NCBI GenBank assembly: GCA_951406725.2
Contig: OX597816.1
Location: 166,842,001 to 166,906,000, forward strand
Reading direction: 5' to 3'
DNA from: Octopus vulgaris
Taxonomy: Eukaryota
DNA: 64,000 nucleotides
Numbering within the stretch: position 1 is the first letter of the stretch; each line of letters starts with the position of its first letter. The position numbers were made by a program, and so were the translations under genes. Below are positions 1 to 16,659 of this stretch, piece by piece. The notes under the pieces are model-generated. The model saw only the letters and a list, made by a program, of their open reading frames with translations. It was not told the DNA's origin and ran no database searches.

Positions 1-639
1 TTTCGGGGCTGAGATGGCATATCCGCCAGTGCGAGCCTCGTGAATCTGAGTGACTGTTCTAACGCATCTCCTTCGCTATCCACAACGCCTTTTCCATTTT
101 GTCTGTTGGGACCATGGGGCAAACTAACAAACGTCTTTAGATATTTCTTTACTGTGAGGAAGAAGAAAGATATGATGATTTACGAAAGGCCCTTCATCAT
201 AATTATAAAACTATCTGATCGCAACTGTTTTTCGCCAACGCGATGCATCGGTATAAGGAGACTTGTTTCGACCTGGTTGAGTCTCTCCTCAGTCGAAGCT
301 ACGCCACCGTACTAAGCCAGATCTAAAACAATGAGTAGCATAATTATTCTTAATATGTTCCGCATGTTTCTAGCAGAACAAGAGACTCCAAAAGCAAGAG
401 TTGAATTAGGTCCGTCCCTTGAAGTAGACAAAATTGATTTTTACTGGGAATTGAAATATGACAAAAATAATGAGCTTTTTTTTTAAACATATAACTATGA
501 TATATCTCTGAAAGAAAGTAAGAAAGTCCTTCCATAATTGCTTTTGGTGAAAATAATATTTAACTGGGCCCCACCCGATAAACCAACGGTATTGTGATAC
601 TATACTTAATGCTTATATGTTTGTAAGTATTTATGAATC

Positions 640-2835
<2,196 letters not shown>

Positions 2836-3035
2836 ATTGCTTTTTTTTTTTTTGTCTTTTGGTTACAGATAAATTGATGGCGATGTGATATCGAGAAGGA
2901 TTCCACAGTTTATATTATGATACCAATTGAGGGGAAGGACCATACTCTAGAATTTTAAAAACCCATATGTTTTCGGGTGGAGCTGTAATTCCTCTGATTC
3001 TTGAGATATATATATAGATATATATATATATATAC

Positions 3036-3114
<79 letters not shown>

Positions 3115-3220
3115 TCTGTGAGAGAGGGTGTATGTGTGTATCTACCAATCTATATATTATATATATATATATACACATGCATTCAAGCATACGTATATAC
3201 GTATGTAAATATACATACAC

Positions 3221-3264
<44 letters not shown>

Positions 3265-3600
3265 ATAATTTGTATATATGCATATATACACATACATATA
3301 TATATATATGCATATACATATACATATATGTATGTATATACATATATATATATACATATCTATATACTTATATGTGTATGTATATATATGTTATGTATGT
3401 ATGTAGATCCATATATATATATATGGGTATGTATGTATGTATGTATGTATGTGTGCGCGCGTGTGCTATATTATATACATATGGCCCCAAGCAAAAACAA
3501 AAACGGGGCAAATATGTTGGGAAGCACGGTAAAATGGTGTATATATATGTACATATATATATATACATATATATTTATATATGATATATATATGCACATA

Positions 3601-3673
<73 letters not shown>

Positions 3674-3690
3674 ATGTGTGTGTGTATATA

Positions 3691-3737
<47 letters not shown>

Positions 3738-4374
3738 TGCAATTTAAGATTTAAGTAGGTTATTTGTTCCAACTGCTACAATACTCCCCGTACACCCGCA
3801 CGCATTTTTAACAGCATTTTGAGGAGAAAAACCTGTGTTACAAAGTTGCACATAGAATTATATGAAGAAAAACGAAGCCCTCATAATTCCCATGTTTTCA
3901 TCTGGAAACAATAATTGCAGCCTTGAAAATAACCCTCTCCCTAACAGTCTTGGGTATTCCAAGGTATTATTTGGCTGTTTACGCCTTAGATGGTCACCAA
4001 TAGCTACAGATGAAAGTATACCCCATACCGTGATTCCATTTCCTTTGTTCTTCATAAATTGTTGAAATCCCTTCAGGGTGTGATCTCTCACCAGCTCTGC
4101 GAAATCTTGACTTGGGGACTTTCTCAAACTAGTTTGAAATCCAGTTACGATTCTTTGCCAAAATGTGCGATCTGTTCTTATGGATTTTCTGGATAGACAG
4201 AGATCACATGCTTGTACAAACAATCGATCCGGCTCCGACCAACGAGTTCACCACGTTCCTCACGAATGCCGAGGCGTAGAGTTCATGTTCGAAGTTTCGG
4301 TGGGAATACAGGTTCCCATATGGCCCCTAGTCACGTGTATTCACACCTTGGATTAGCTTGATCTGTGGCAGTCC

Positions 4375-4737
<363 letters not shown>

Positions 4738-5593
4738 CTAGTGTGGACTCTCATGGATGATCTCGTTCAGTCAGAAAGCTTCAACATGAGTGTAACATAG
4801 ATAACCAAAGTAGTCTATCTTAGAACAAACAACAGGTATTTTTACTGTCATTTTGAAGGGACGAGAAATAACGGAATACCTGATGGACAAAAGAAATGGG
4901 ATGCAGGTAAAAAAAAAAATCTAGATGTGACAACCTATGTAAACTCAGAGAAATTGGTTTGAAATGTTGACACATGGTCAGCAGTTTTAGGGGCTGTGGG
5001 TCTGCTGATGACATCAACTCCAATATTTGACTAGTACTTTATTTTGTCGATTCCGAAAAGATGAAAGGCAAATTCTTATTCGACGGGAACTGGAGCTCAG
5101 AAGGCAAAACCGGAAGAAAGACTGCTGAGCATTCCTTCCGGTATGCCAACGATTCTGCCAGCTCGCCGCCTTATGCTAATTCTGAGGAATTAATTAGCAA
5201 AGATGTGACCCACTTCATAAGTAGATTTCTGAAAATATCATCACATTACTTTTCATCAAATAGGCATGAGGTAGTGGCCCAAATATTGAACAACAGAATC
5301 CATACAAAGAATGGTCTTAAAAACTGAAATACATTAAATTACAGTGATAAAGAGGGTATATTATCCCATTCTATGAAAAACTATTGGTAGAATGTTCTTG
5401 TCACAGGCTCTTTATAACGTTGGTACAACGCAACAGACATAATGATTTGGGATAGAGAAAAACTGAGTGCACAGTTTTCCAGCGGATTTTAGCATAGTGT
5501 TAAAGATAAATGGAAAAGAAAATTAATAATAAATCTTTAATTTTCACGGTGAACAGCGAGAATCTGAAAGATGACTTTCATATTTATTCTTAA

Positions 5594-5964
5594 CTAGCAG
5601 TATCGCCCGGCGTTGCTCGGGTTTGTAAGGGAAATAACTATATAAGCATTTTTAGAGATGTAAAGTATAATAGCCATCTCAATATGGCTAACCACAAAGG
5701 GGGTGTGTTACTGTAGCTTTTTACGTTCTGAGATTTAATAATAAATTTTTAGAGAGTTACTTCCCTTATATATGCCAAAAATGCATTAAAATGGGGAAAA
5801 TTGATGATAAATTTTTTTTTTATCGTAGGCTCATCAGAAGGGCTCGATATTAATCACGACTATAAGATACCCGGTTTTGGTTAAACTGCACCGCAAAATG
5901 TGGGAGTAGTTAGGAATCTAAATCGTAGGAGACAGACACACAACTTCTCTTTTATATATAAAGA
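5594..5964 (-). mobile_element. Non-autonomous Helitron
   Basis: On - strand begins A|TC(TTTATATATAAAA) and ends with hairpin CCCGAGCAACGCCGGG then CTAG|T. Near-identical ends at 15061-15462. Confidence 0.8.
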
Positions 5965-6464
5965 TATATTTCGGCAGATTCGAACGTGAATAAATTTTTA
6001 GAGAGTTACTTCCCTTATATATGCCAAAAATGCATTAAAATGGGGAAAATTGATGATAAATTTTTTTTTTATCGTAGGCTCATCAGAAGGGCTCGATATT
6101 AATCACGACTATAAGATACCCGGTTTTGGTTAAACTGCACCGCAAAATGTGGGAGTAGTTAGGAATCTAAATCGTAGGAGACAGACACACAACTTCTCTT
6201 TTATATATAAAGATATATTTCGGCAGATTCGAACGTGAATAAATTTTTAGAGAGTTACTTCCCTTATATATGCCAAAAATGCATTAAAATGGGGAAAATT
6301 GATGATAAATTTTTTTTTTATCGTAGGCTCATCAGAAGGGCTCGATATTAATCACGACTATAAGATACCCGGTTTTGGTTAAACTGCACCGCAAAATGTG
6401 GGAGACAGACACACAACTTCTCTTTTATATATAAAGATATATTTCGGCAGATTCGAACGTGAAT
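5742..6464. repeat. ~249-bp tandem triplication spanning the Helitron 5' end and its flank
   Basis: taaatttttagagagttacttccc recurs at 5742, 5991 and 6240; third unit has an internal deletion. Confidence 0.92.
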
Positions 6465-6520
6465 ATGCTAATCGCTCTTGCATTTCGTCATTGTAGAACA
6501 ACTTCTTTCAGACGAATGTG

Positions 6521-6900
6521 TACTTACTTGTACTTGTACTTGTGACGGTGTTTACCCAGGGCGGGTTGAGCCGGCTTCTTATCTGGTCCTGGCGGCATCA
6601 CGAACCATGGTAGCCCACGCTCGACTGTCCTGTGCGAGAACACTGGAAATAGCGAGCCATTCGCGGTTCCATCTGCGCAGACCGACCACCTGCGGACCTG
6701 AGAGTTCGGAGAGGTCCTCCTGTATCGTCGTTGCCCAGGTCTTCAGCTGCCCGCCCGTGCGTTTGCGCCAGTTGAGAAGTGGAGGTGGGAGGAGGACATC
6801 GCGAATCAGCTGACCCTCTGGACACTGGGCCACATGACCGAACCACCTTAAGCGCCGTTGTAGAAGCACCGAAAGGAGGGACCGGAGATTCAGGGGATGA
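6521..6900 (-). mobile_element. RTE-clade LINE 3' fragment
   Basis: RRLRWFGHV...RKRTGGQLKTWATTIQEDL...AQDSRAW; (CAAGTA)n tail. Confidence 0.85.
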
Positions 6901-7388
6901 CGAATGTGTGTTCATATTACACTCGATTCATTAACATAAGGGAACTTTAAGAGACCCCGGTGTTTCGACATCAATGTGTCTACTCAGCCAAAGGTACTCC
7001 GGACTAACGAATTTAACAAGAGTTTGTGGCCCTTCTTTAGCAAACAAATTATTTGCTGATGCATGCTGATATCGGCCAAACCAATAATAAATCGTCATGT
7101 TCACGGTATACAGTGGTAATCAGAGCGATTTTTAATATGTTCCGATAGATTCGAACGTGAACAAGCTAATCGCTGTTGTATTTCGTCGTTGGAGAATAAC
7201 TTCTCTTTCCAGAAGAATATGTGTTTATAACACACTCGATTCACTGTAAATACAATACCCAAGATACGACATCATATTTATATACGTGATTCCTGTGTCA
7301 CGTGGTAATTTAACTAACCGCTCAGCGTCAATCTTGAAAAGCTGAGCGTCACAAAACCAGAAAAGACAGAGCTACCTAAAAATCTTGC

Positions 7389-7622
7389 AGTTGAAGAATT
7401 GGCAATAAAGCTTTGTTCAAACCTTACAACTGTTCATCGTCATCTTCAACAACTTGGAAAGGTTCCTAAACTTAGAAAATGGGTGCCTCATGAATTGTCC
7501 CAAAGCAACCGCAAATCCCAAGTTGACATCTGCTCTTCTCTCCATTCTCGATAACTCATTTCACCCTTTTTGGATAGACTTGTGACTGGTGACGGAAAAT
7601 GGATCTTCTATCGAAATGTTAA
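7389..7622 (+). mobile_element. Mariner transposase internal fragment
   Basis: VEELAIKL...TVHRHLQQLGKVPKLRKWVPHEL...FLDRLVTGDGKWIFY (WVPHEL linker, first catalytic Asp in TGD). Confidence 0.88.
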
Positions 7623-8239
7623 GACTAGTAACGGAACTGTAACACTATGTAAAAGATACCAGGAAATTAGTTTACAGTAATCAACATATACGCATATATA
7701 TGTAGAGTAGACATACATACATGAAAACATGTAGGTTGATGCACTCATTGGTTTGCATAGCATATATGCCCATTTACATACGTGCGTGCAGATATATTCA
7801 TAAATACTTGGCTGTGTGGTTGCTGTTGTCTCCATTTCAATGAAACCAGCACTCTCTCTGTTGGTGAGAAATTTCAGAAATAAACCTGGAATATGTATGT
7901 ATGTATGTATGCATGCATGTATATGTATATATAAATATGCAAAGTATGGAGGTTTACTTCACAGGTAATCTAAACGATTAGGTATGCTAGGTATGTGCTA
8001 TAACGGATTACTGGGGTTCCAAGGTTATAGCCGAGACGGTAGTTATGGAGCCATTGCAGATTTCCGATGCAGCGGTTATATAATTGTTAAATATTACGTC
8101 AAACATTAAGGCAAGGCAAACATCTCAAGTTGTATACAATATTATTATTGGAAGAAATTCCAAAATTTCTTCCTACAATAATATTGTATATGACTTGAGA
8201 CGTTTGTCTTGGCTTAATGTTTGGTGTCCTGTTTAACAC

Positions 8240-8309
<70 letters not shown>

Positions 8310-8314
<5 letters not shown>

Positions 8315-8856
8315 GTCAACCCATAAGTTCTGTCTCATTTTACCTTTTTTAAAATTGAATGAAATTTAATAGTATTTCTGAATGTCTAATGGAATTTAAA
8401 ATTATTTTTATGCATTTGTGTACATTTAAACTAATCAAATATTATTTTACAGAATAATAGAATTAAAATTTCTTTGATTAAACCCCTTTCTAACATGGAA
8501 GTATCCAAAGAGCATTTGAGGCACATAATGGTTTATGAGTACAAAAAAGGAAACTCTGCAGCCGAAACGACTCGAAACACACTCAGTTTATGGGACGGAA
8601 TGCTTGAATGAAAGAACTTGCAGAAGATGGTTTGCAAAATTCAGAAGTGGAGATTTCAGCCTTGAAGATGAAAATCGAAAAGGACGTCCAGTTGAGTTTG
8701 ATGATAAGCTCCTTGAGGCATTACTTGAAGAAAATCCTACATTATCAGTTGAAGAATTGGCAATAAAGCTTAGTTCAAACCTTACAACCGTTCATCGTCA
8801 TCTTCAACAACTTGAAAAGGTTCCTAAACTTAGAAAATGGGTGCCTCATGAATTGG
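8310..8856 (+). mobile_element. Mariner element 5' part (TIR plus frameshifted HTH region)
   Basis: TA-flanked end tcaggtcaacccataagt; ATG 8495 MEVSKEHLRHIMVYEYKKG; WFAKFRSGDFSLEDE..GRP; WVPHEL. Confidence 0.9.
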
Positions 8857-9964
8857 CGGAGTCTGGCAACAACTTGGGAGGAAGAGGCACGAACGGTTTC
8901 TTTGGAGATTTCATCCCAATATTTTCGTAAATGGTGCGCAGAAGCTCTGAGACTCGTGTGAGAATTAGCACAGGCTTTACTCTCAAGATAGACCATATGC
9001 CAAAGTCCATCGGATTCAGGTCGAGTGAAGAGTGGGGTGCAAAATTCTTTCGACCAGAACGCCTTGAAATTCTCTCGACACCATTCTTGAACTTTTTTAA
9101 CCGTATGAGATGTTGCGCTATTTTGTTGGGGAGTTATACCTTCATCCCTCATTGTTGCAATAACCCAAGGGACTCCTTTATCCTTTAACATGTCCAAATA
9201 AAATGAAGATTAGAAGGGTTTTCTTGCCATTTGAGGTCACATCAACCCACACCATTATGGATGCAGGTTTCTGCCGTTGAAAGGATAATCTTTGTTCGAC
9301 AGGAATGTCCTCTTTATTTACTGCATATATATTCAATCATTTTGTGGATTGTGACATGCTTGCGCACTGAATAACTTTTCATCTATGTACAGTATAGGCG
9401 GCTGCGTGCCATCATTCAGCTTTTGCAGAAGAGGCTTTGCTCTTTTTCTTTTTAGTTTTCATTGTGGTATCACACAAAGGATGTACTTTTGATGTGTGAA
9501 TAGCTGAAGATCATGTTTCAACAAATTATGTACTTCCATAGCTTGTGCCAGCTTCTGAAGCGAGTTTTTTTATGCTTGGGTTACGCCCGATCTTTTCTTT
9601 GATGTTTTTTGATGAGTTTTTGAGTTCCTACTGCTCGAGATCGAGTAATTCTCACTTTTGGTAAGCAAGAACCAGTCTCTTTTATTCGTTTTCGTTTCAT
9701 TACTTCATAGACTCCTGATCTGCTGACAGTGGGTTTTAAAATCTTGGAAATCTCTCTGGGAGTTATCCCTTTCTTGAATAACCCTTCAGTTCCTTTGCTT
9801 ATTCCACTCATGCTAACTTAGATATTAGCTTCAAGTATATTAAATTCCAAGAATAAATTAGCTTCAATACTACCTTAAATGTTAAGAGTATTAAATTCCT
9901 GAAATAAGAAAAGAAATGTTAATTAAATGTAAGGAAAATAAATGTTCACACTTGGGTTGATCAC

Positions 9965-9968
<4 letters not shown>
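8857..9968 (-). mobile_element. Tc1/mariner-superfamily transposon (maT/DD37D-like), degenerate and 3'-truncated
   Basis: End CAGGGTGATCAACCCAAG; GITPREISKIL..VSRSGVY HTH; QQNSATSHT; FWSKEF and a frameshifted SPDLNP-like motif. Confidence 0.8.
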
Positions 9969-10024
<56 letters not shown>

Positions 10025-10400
10025 TGTATGTATACACGTACATGCATAGACATATACACATACATTCGTAAATACATGCATACAGGCTCACATGCATATG
10101 CACATATACAAATATATACATACATGCACACTTACATGCATAAACATACATGCATACAAACATACATATACACATACAGACTCACGCACAAACATGCACA
10201 CAAACATGCATACATACATATATACATACATGCATGCATACATACATACATACATACATACATACATACATACATACATACATACATACATACATACATA
10301 CATACATACATACATACATACGTATATATACAAATACCTGCGTATACATACATTCACATAAGATCGTACATGCATACAAAAATTACTTGTGCTATGGAGG

Positions 10401-10608
10401 AGAAGAAGAAGAAGAAGAAGAAGAAGAAGAAGAAGAAGAAGAAGAAGAAGAAGAAGAAGAAGAAGAAGAAGAAGAAGAAGAAGAAGAAGAAGAAGAAGAA
10501 GAAGAAGAAGAAGAAGAAGAAGAAGAAGAAGAAGAAGAAGAAGAAGAAGAAGAAGAAGAAGAAGAAGAAGAAGAAGAAGAAGAAGAAGAAGAAGAAGAAG
10601 AAGAAGAA
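10401..10608. repeat. Pure (GAA)n tract, ~69 units
   Basis: Direct reading. Confidence 0.98.
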
Positions 10609-11539
10609 GGGGAACGCCGGTACAGTTTCTGAAGGAAGGTAAAAATCATGGAGAGGAAACAGTTTTCTTAATAAGTTTATTTAGTCTCAATTGTTATTTA
10701 CGTAGCCTCGTTTATTTATATTTTCTCTTTTAACCAAAGCTCTTGTGGCTTTTACTAAAAGCAACAAGCAATTAAAACATCAGGAATCGGAATTGTTCTA
10801 TAAACGGTGTAAGCCTGTCCCAAAGCACATATTACTTCTTTCTCTATTGACACGTTCACGTAAATGTTTTCATAACCAATCAACTGACACTTAACAACAC
10901 CAACCACCATCACCACCACCACTCCTTGACACTCCGTTATTTCTACCTCCCCTAATGATCACTGTGGACTTACCAACCAGGGTAGAATTGGGGCTGTGTT
11001 TTTAATTTGTTTATTTTTAAATTAGCTCTTTTGGGGATCCCTCTATTGAAATCTGTTCTTCAAAGAGCCATACTGTTTCAAGGATCGTTCAGTTTATGTG
11101 TTTACTTCTAGGCAGACGATTCGAGACCGAATTGCTAGATAGCCGTGCAGATATCACAGTGAGATCACTGTTGTTTCACGCGATCGGCCGATCAGCCGAC
11201 CAGTCAGCGTCAAACTATCATGTGACTCGACTTTATATAACTTTCTAATGAGCCCTATAAATATGTGGGGTCTTGGTCGCAACTTCAGAATGTTGAGGCA
11301 GTTGCTCTAACGACTCCATTCTCATTTTCCATTCATCAGCTGTGCAGATACAATGTACAGATTTTGCCATCATGAATATAGCGAGAGTATTTTCCTAGTT
11401 ATGGTGGACTTCTTAAAGATTGATACGTGTCCGTTATTTTGTCCTAGGTCTCTGTAGTGTACATAAACTTTCGCTTTTATTTTTCATCAACACAGAAAAT
11501 ATTATGTGCAGTAAATAAAGCTTCTGTTAATTATTCGTG

Positions 11540-11695
11540 AGTGGCTGAGTGGTAAGAAGCTTGCTTCTCAACCACATGGTTCCGGGTTCAGTCCCACTGT
11601 GTGGCACATTGGACACGTGTTTTTCTACTATAGCCTCGGGCCGATTAAAGCCTTGTGAGTGGATTTGGTAGACGGAAACTAAAAGAAGCCCGTCG

Positions 11696-11745
<50 letters not shown>

Positions 11746-11912
11746 TTGTTTGTGTCTGTGTTTGTCCCCGTCACTTAGCGGTTCGGCAAAAGAGACCGAT
11801 AGAATACGTACTAGGCTTACAAGGAATAAGTCCTGGGGGGTCGATTTATTCGACTATAGGTGGTGCTCCAGCATGGGCACAGTCAAATGACTGAAACAAG
11901 TAAAAGAATAAA
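11540..11912 (+). mobile_element. SINE family A
   Basis: Same head, internal (TG)n, tail gctccagcatgg..tgactgaaacaagtaaaaga. Confidence 0.88.
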
Positions 11913-12104
11913 AGGATAATAGAATTGTTAATCTTTTTTTCACGCAACCCTGGAAAGACATTTTCATTCTCCAGCAACATCAATGAACGACCACAACACA
12001 ACACACGACAGTGGGACCACTTTGTTGGAGTGTGTACTCAAAAGCAACCAAGGTATTTAAGGGATGGGTTCCTTTCATATTTGTACTTCATGATGACCGG
12101 AGTT

Positions 12105-12552
12105 TTTAAGGGATAAAATCTTCAAAGCCACAGTCGAACCAATTCTACTATATGGCTCAGAAACCTGGACGTTATCAAAGAAGCTTGAGAGGCGGTCGGA
12201 TGGAACTTACACTCGCCTCCTTATGAGAGCTCAAAATCTCTCGTGGAAGCGTCATCCAACCAAAATGCATATATATGGGGAACTATCACCTGTATCATCT
12301 CTTATGAAAGGTAGGAGAGTCCAGTTTGCTGGACACTGTTGTAGAGCTGAAAACGAGGTAATTTCTGCTCTTCTCCTCTGGAATCTATCTACTCGCGATA
12401 CCGGAGGGCGCACACTCTCCTACCCTGATGTAATCTCCAGGTATACAGGCATCCAGCAACAGGACTTAAGTAATGCTATGATGGACCGTGAAGTTTGGCG
12501 TAGCATAGTAAATTCCATTGTCTCGACCACGGTTGAACAATGATGATGATGA
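12105..12552 (+). mobile_element. RTE-clade LINE 3' fragment
   Basis: IFKATVEPILLYGSETWTL...RRVQFAGHC...MMDREVWR; (TGA)n tail. Confidence 0.85.
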
Positions 12553-13969
12553 AGGGATGTTTCTGTTATAAGAGTTAATTTCAAGGAGCCACATTATTTA
12601 AGGCACCTCTCCGTTTAAGTTATTTCAAGGCAGCCAAAGTGCTTACGGGATCTCTCAGTTAAGAGATGTTTTGACTATCTTGAAGTATTTGCAGTACTTA
12701 AGTGTACCAGATAAAGGTAAAGAAAACCCTATCAACCCCATTTTATTAGGTCATTTTTGCAACTGAAATTACCTTAATCGTCTTTGCTCTAACAAAATAA
12801 AGGGTTAATAATGCACGCATACAGAATACGATATAAGACATTAACTCAACAAAAATTATTTAAAGAAACAGTTACGATTACTTCAAAATAACCCTAGTTT
12901 CTAAGGAATTTCTCAATTTAAGTGTTTAGTTCAAAACAGCCAAAGTGTTTATGGGATGTTTCAGTTAAAAAATTCATGAAAGGCACAGAATTGCGGGATC
13001 TTCGTTTAAACGTGGTAGTGAAAATGATTAAGAGATCTCTCTGTTTAAACGAGACACTCGAACTGCATCTGTTTCGTAACATCATTTGTAACCACTGAAC
13101 TGAGGCTGTTCTTTCAAAGTGAATATTCTCACGTCTATTAACCAGTCTTTTTCCGCCATTCTTTCTCCCTTTCTTCTTCCCTACTTTTTCGCCTTTTATT
13201 TTCTTTCTCACTTCATTCATCCCGTCTCTCTCAATTACATCATCTGACGGAAATGAGGGAACATAGCAACTATAGTTAGATTATTATTCAAAGCATGCTA
13301 CAGTGTGAATCAAAAGAACCCAGACATTCCAGTTAACATCATTTACGCTCGGCACTTCAGGAGAAAGCAATACTTTTTGAAGGTGTTGAAATTGTAATGA
13401 CCTCTGTTTAACAGATGATGACGGAGATGTCTCAGAGTGCAAGTTGTATGTAAATAATACTAAAAAGATAACAAAAGCATAAAAAGGAATAGTTAATGCT
13501 TCAATGTTGTTGACTTGAGGCTTGCTTCGATATAGTATAACATGATTCGACAGTTTTTCTGTCTTCGTCAACTGTGAACTGGTTTAGTGTAAAACAATGG
13601 TATTTGTTGTTCAGGAAATACCAATGTCAGCAGAGAAATGCTAATAGTAATAATAATACTAATAAAACCACATCTGCTTTGAAATGTTAAACGGCAATTC
13701 AATAACATACATACGCAAAGTATTCTCCCTCTCGCTCTCAGCTTCTCTCCCTCTCGCTCTCAGCTTCTCTTCCTCTCTCTCTTTCAATATATATACGTGT
13801 GTGTGTGTTTGTGTGTGTCTGTGCTCCAGGATACACGAGATCAAAATGACTGAAACAAGTAAAAGAATAAAAGAATATACCTAGATAGATTGATAGATAC
13901 ATATACATACATACATACATACACACATACACACATACATACACACATATACACATACATAATGGTAGA

Positions 13970-14362
13970 TGGAAGCACTCCGTCGGTTACGACGATGAGG
14001 GTTCCGGTTGATCCGACCAACGGAACAGCCTGCTCGTGAAATTAACGTGTAAGTGGCTGAGCACTCCACAGACACGTGTACCCTTAACGTAGTTCTCGGG
14101 GATATTCAGCGTGACACAGAGTGACAAGGCCGGCCCTTTGAAATACAGGTACAACAGAAACAGGAAGAAAGAGTGAGAGAAAGTTGTGGTGAAAGAGTAC
14201 AGCAGGGATCACCACCATCCCCTGCCGGATCCTCGTGGAGCTTTAGGTGTTTTCGCTCAATAAACACTCACAACGCCCGGTCTGGGAATCGAAACCGCGA
14301 TCCTACGACCGCGATCCTACGACCGCGAGTCCGCTGCCCTAACCACTGGGCCATTGCGCCTC
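13970..14362 (-). mobile_element. tRNA-derived SINE, family C
   Basis: Head gaggcgcaatggcccagtggttagggcagcggactcgcggtcg..ggtttcgattcccagacc; near-identical to 62909-63293. Confidence 0.88.
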
Positions 14363-14539
14363 ACATACATAATACATACATATATAATACACACATACAT
14401 ACACACATACATACATAATACATACATACACATATATACATACAAACAAACTACCCTGTTGTTGATGTTGAAATTCCAATGAAGGTACCTTGGATCTAGG
14501 TTAGAAACCGGTTCTTTCCTCTATTGGCAAGAAATCTTG

Positions 14540-14794
14540 ATAAGGTTTATGGCTCAAAACCAGCAGCAGTCGATGAAAGAGGAAATTGAAAGACAATGTT
14601 TCGTAGTTCCAAGTGAAATGATTCGTAACGCTGTTGAATCTATTGGTCCGCGTTCAAGGCTGTGTTTTGGAAAGGGGTGGACGTCAGTTTCAACATTTGT
14701 AAACATGCATTTAGCCATTAGTCTTGTTTCTAAGTTCATAAACAATGCATTTATTGTCATTTGAAGAGTAAGCACATTTTTGGGGACACTCTGT
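14540..14794 (+). mobile_element. Tc1/mariner 3' end fragment
   Basis: MKEEIERQC..VPSEMIRNAVESI..RSRLC..KGGRQFQHL*, then TIR-like tttttggggacactctg-TA. Confidence 0.7.
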
Positions 14795-14825
14795 ATGTAT
14801 GTATAGTACACTTTCAGCTTCACAT

Positions 14826-14990
14826 AAATTATTATTAGAGCAATATGATACGTACCAACCTGTCTGGATCAAATGTAGCTGAACCTGAGATCTTGAGGAG
14901 AGAACGCAAATCCTTAATTCATACACTAGAAATGATCACAATATCTGGGACAATAAAACTCTGCAAGACCTTTTAAGATTTAAAGGATGG
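14826..14990 (+). mobile_element. RLE-type non-LTR retrotransposon 3' coding remnant (degenerate)
   Basis: Degenerate translation includes ISGTIKLCKTF, matching the copies at 16011 and 16660. Confidence 0.5.
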
Positions 14991-15060
14991 TGAACAAAGC
15001 GAGATGCCTTCCTTCACAACTTTACTACCAAGGAGGTGACCGATCAAAATTTATTCTAAA

Positions 15061-15462
15061 CTAGCAGTATCGCCCGGCGTTGCTCGGGTTTGTAAGGGAA
15101 ATAACTATATAAGCATTTTTAGAGTGTTATAGCCAAAGAAATAGCAAAAAAATGCATTAAAAATGGAAAAAAAAAAAATGATGGGAAATTTTTTTTTAAA
15201 TCGTTGACTCATCGTAGACATTTTTAGAGAGTTACTTCCCTTATATAATAGCGAAAACATGCATTAAAATGAAAAAAACTTATGGTAATTTTTTTTTAAT
15301 ATCGTAACTCATCGTAGATGCGCGCTAATACCCAGAAGGGCTCGATATGAATCACGACTATAAGATACCCGGTTTTGGTTAAACTGCACCGCAAAATGTG
15401 GGAGTAGTTAAAAATCTAAATCGTAGGAGACAGACACACAACTTGACTTTTATATATAAAGA
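15061..15462 (-). mobile_element. Non-autonomous Helitron (same family as 5594-5964)
   Basis: Same CTAG/hairpin end and TC start at an AT target; internal ~110-bp subrepeats. Confidence 0.8.
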
Positions 15463-16010
15463 TTAAAAAGAGAAAGAGAACATTAATTCATACATACATA
15501 CATACATACATACATACATACATGCATACGTGCATACATACATACATACATACATGCATACATACATACATACATACATACATACATACATACATACATA
15601 CATACATACATACATGCATACATACATACATGCATACATACATACATACATACATACATACATACATACACACATACATACATACATACATACATACATA
15701 CATACATACATACATACACATACATACATACATACATACATACATACATACATACATACATACATACATACATACATACATACATACATACATACATACA
15801 TACATACATACATACATACATACATACATACATACATACATACATACATACATACATACATACATACATACATACATACATACATACATACATACATACA
15901 TACATACATACATACATACATACATACACACATACATACATACATACATACATACATACATACATACATACATACATACATACATACATACATACATACA
16001 TACATACATA

Positions 16011-16180
16011 CTCGTTGGGGCACTGGGATATGTAACACACTGCCTAAATACCAATCTTGAGAAATTAAGCTTCTCAAAACCAGAAAGGGGAAAGGTAATT
16101 CGAAGACTACAGATCCAATACATCACTGGAAATGTAAAAATCTGTAAAAATCTTTTTTCCAGAAGTTTATCATTTAAGTA
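16011..16180 (+). mobile_element. RLE-type non-LTR retrotransposon 3' coding remnant within (CATA)n
   Basis: LVGALGYVTHCLNTNLEKL...LQIQYITGNVKICKNLF, a GALG-type RLE C-terminus. Confidence 0.6.
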
Positions 16181-16659
16181 TATATGAGTATGTCTACGTA
16201 TGTAACTATATGCATGAGAATACATACATACATGCATACATACATACATACATACATACATACATACATACGTACGTACGTACGTACGTACATATGTGCA
16301 TACATACATACATACATACATACATACATACATACATACATACATACATACATACATACATACATACATACATACATACATACATACATACATACATACA
16401 TACGTACGTACGTACGTACGTACGTACGTACGTACATATGTGCATACATACATACATACATACATACATACATACATACATACATACATACATACATACA
16501 TACATACATACATACATACATACATACATACATACATACAAAAATGCCCTGTTGTTGATGTTGAAATTCCAATGAAGGAGCCTTGGATCTAGGTTAGAAA
16601 CCGGTTCTTTTTCTATTGGCAAGAAATCTTGAAAAAAAAAACTGAATAATGACATACAT

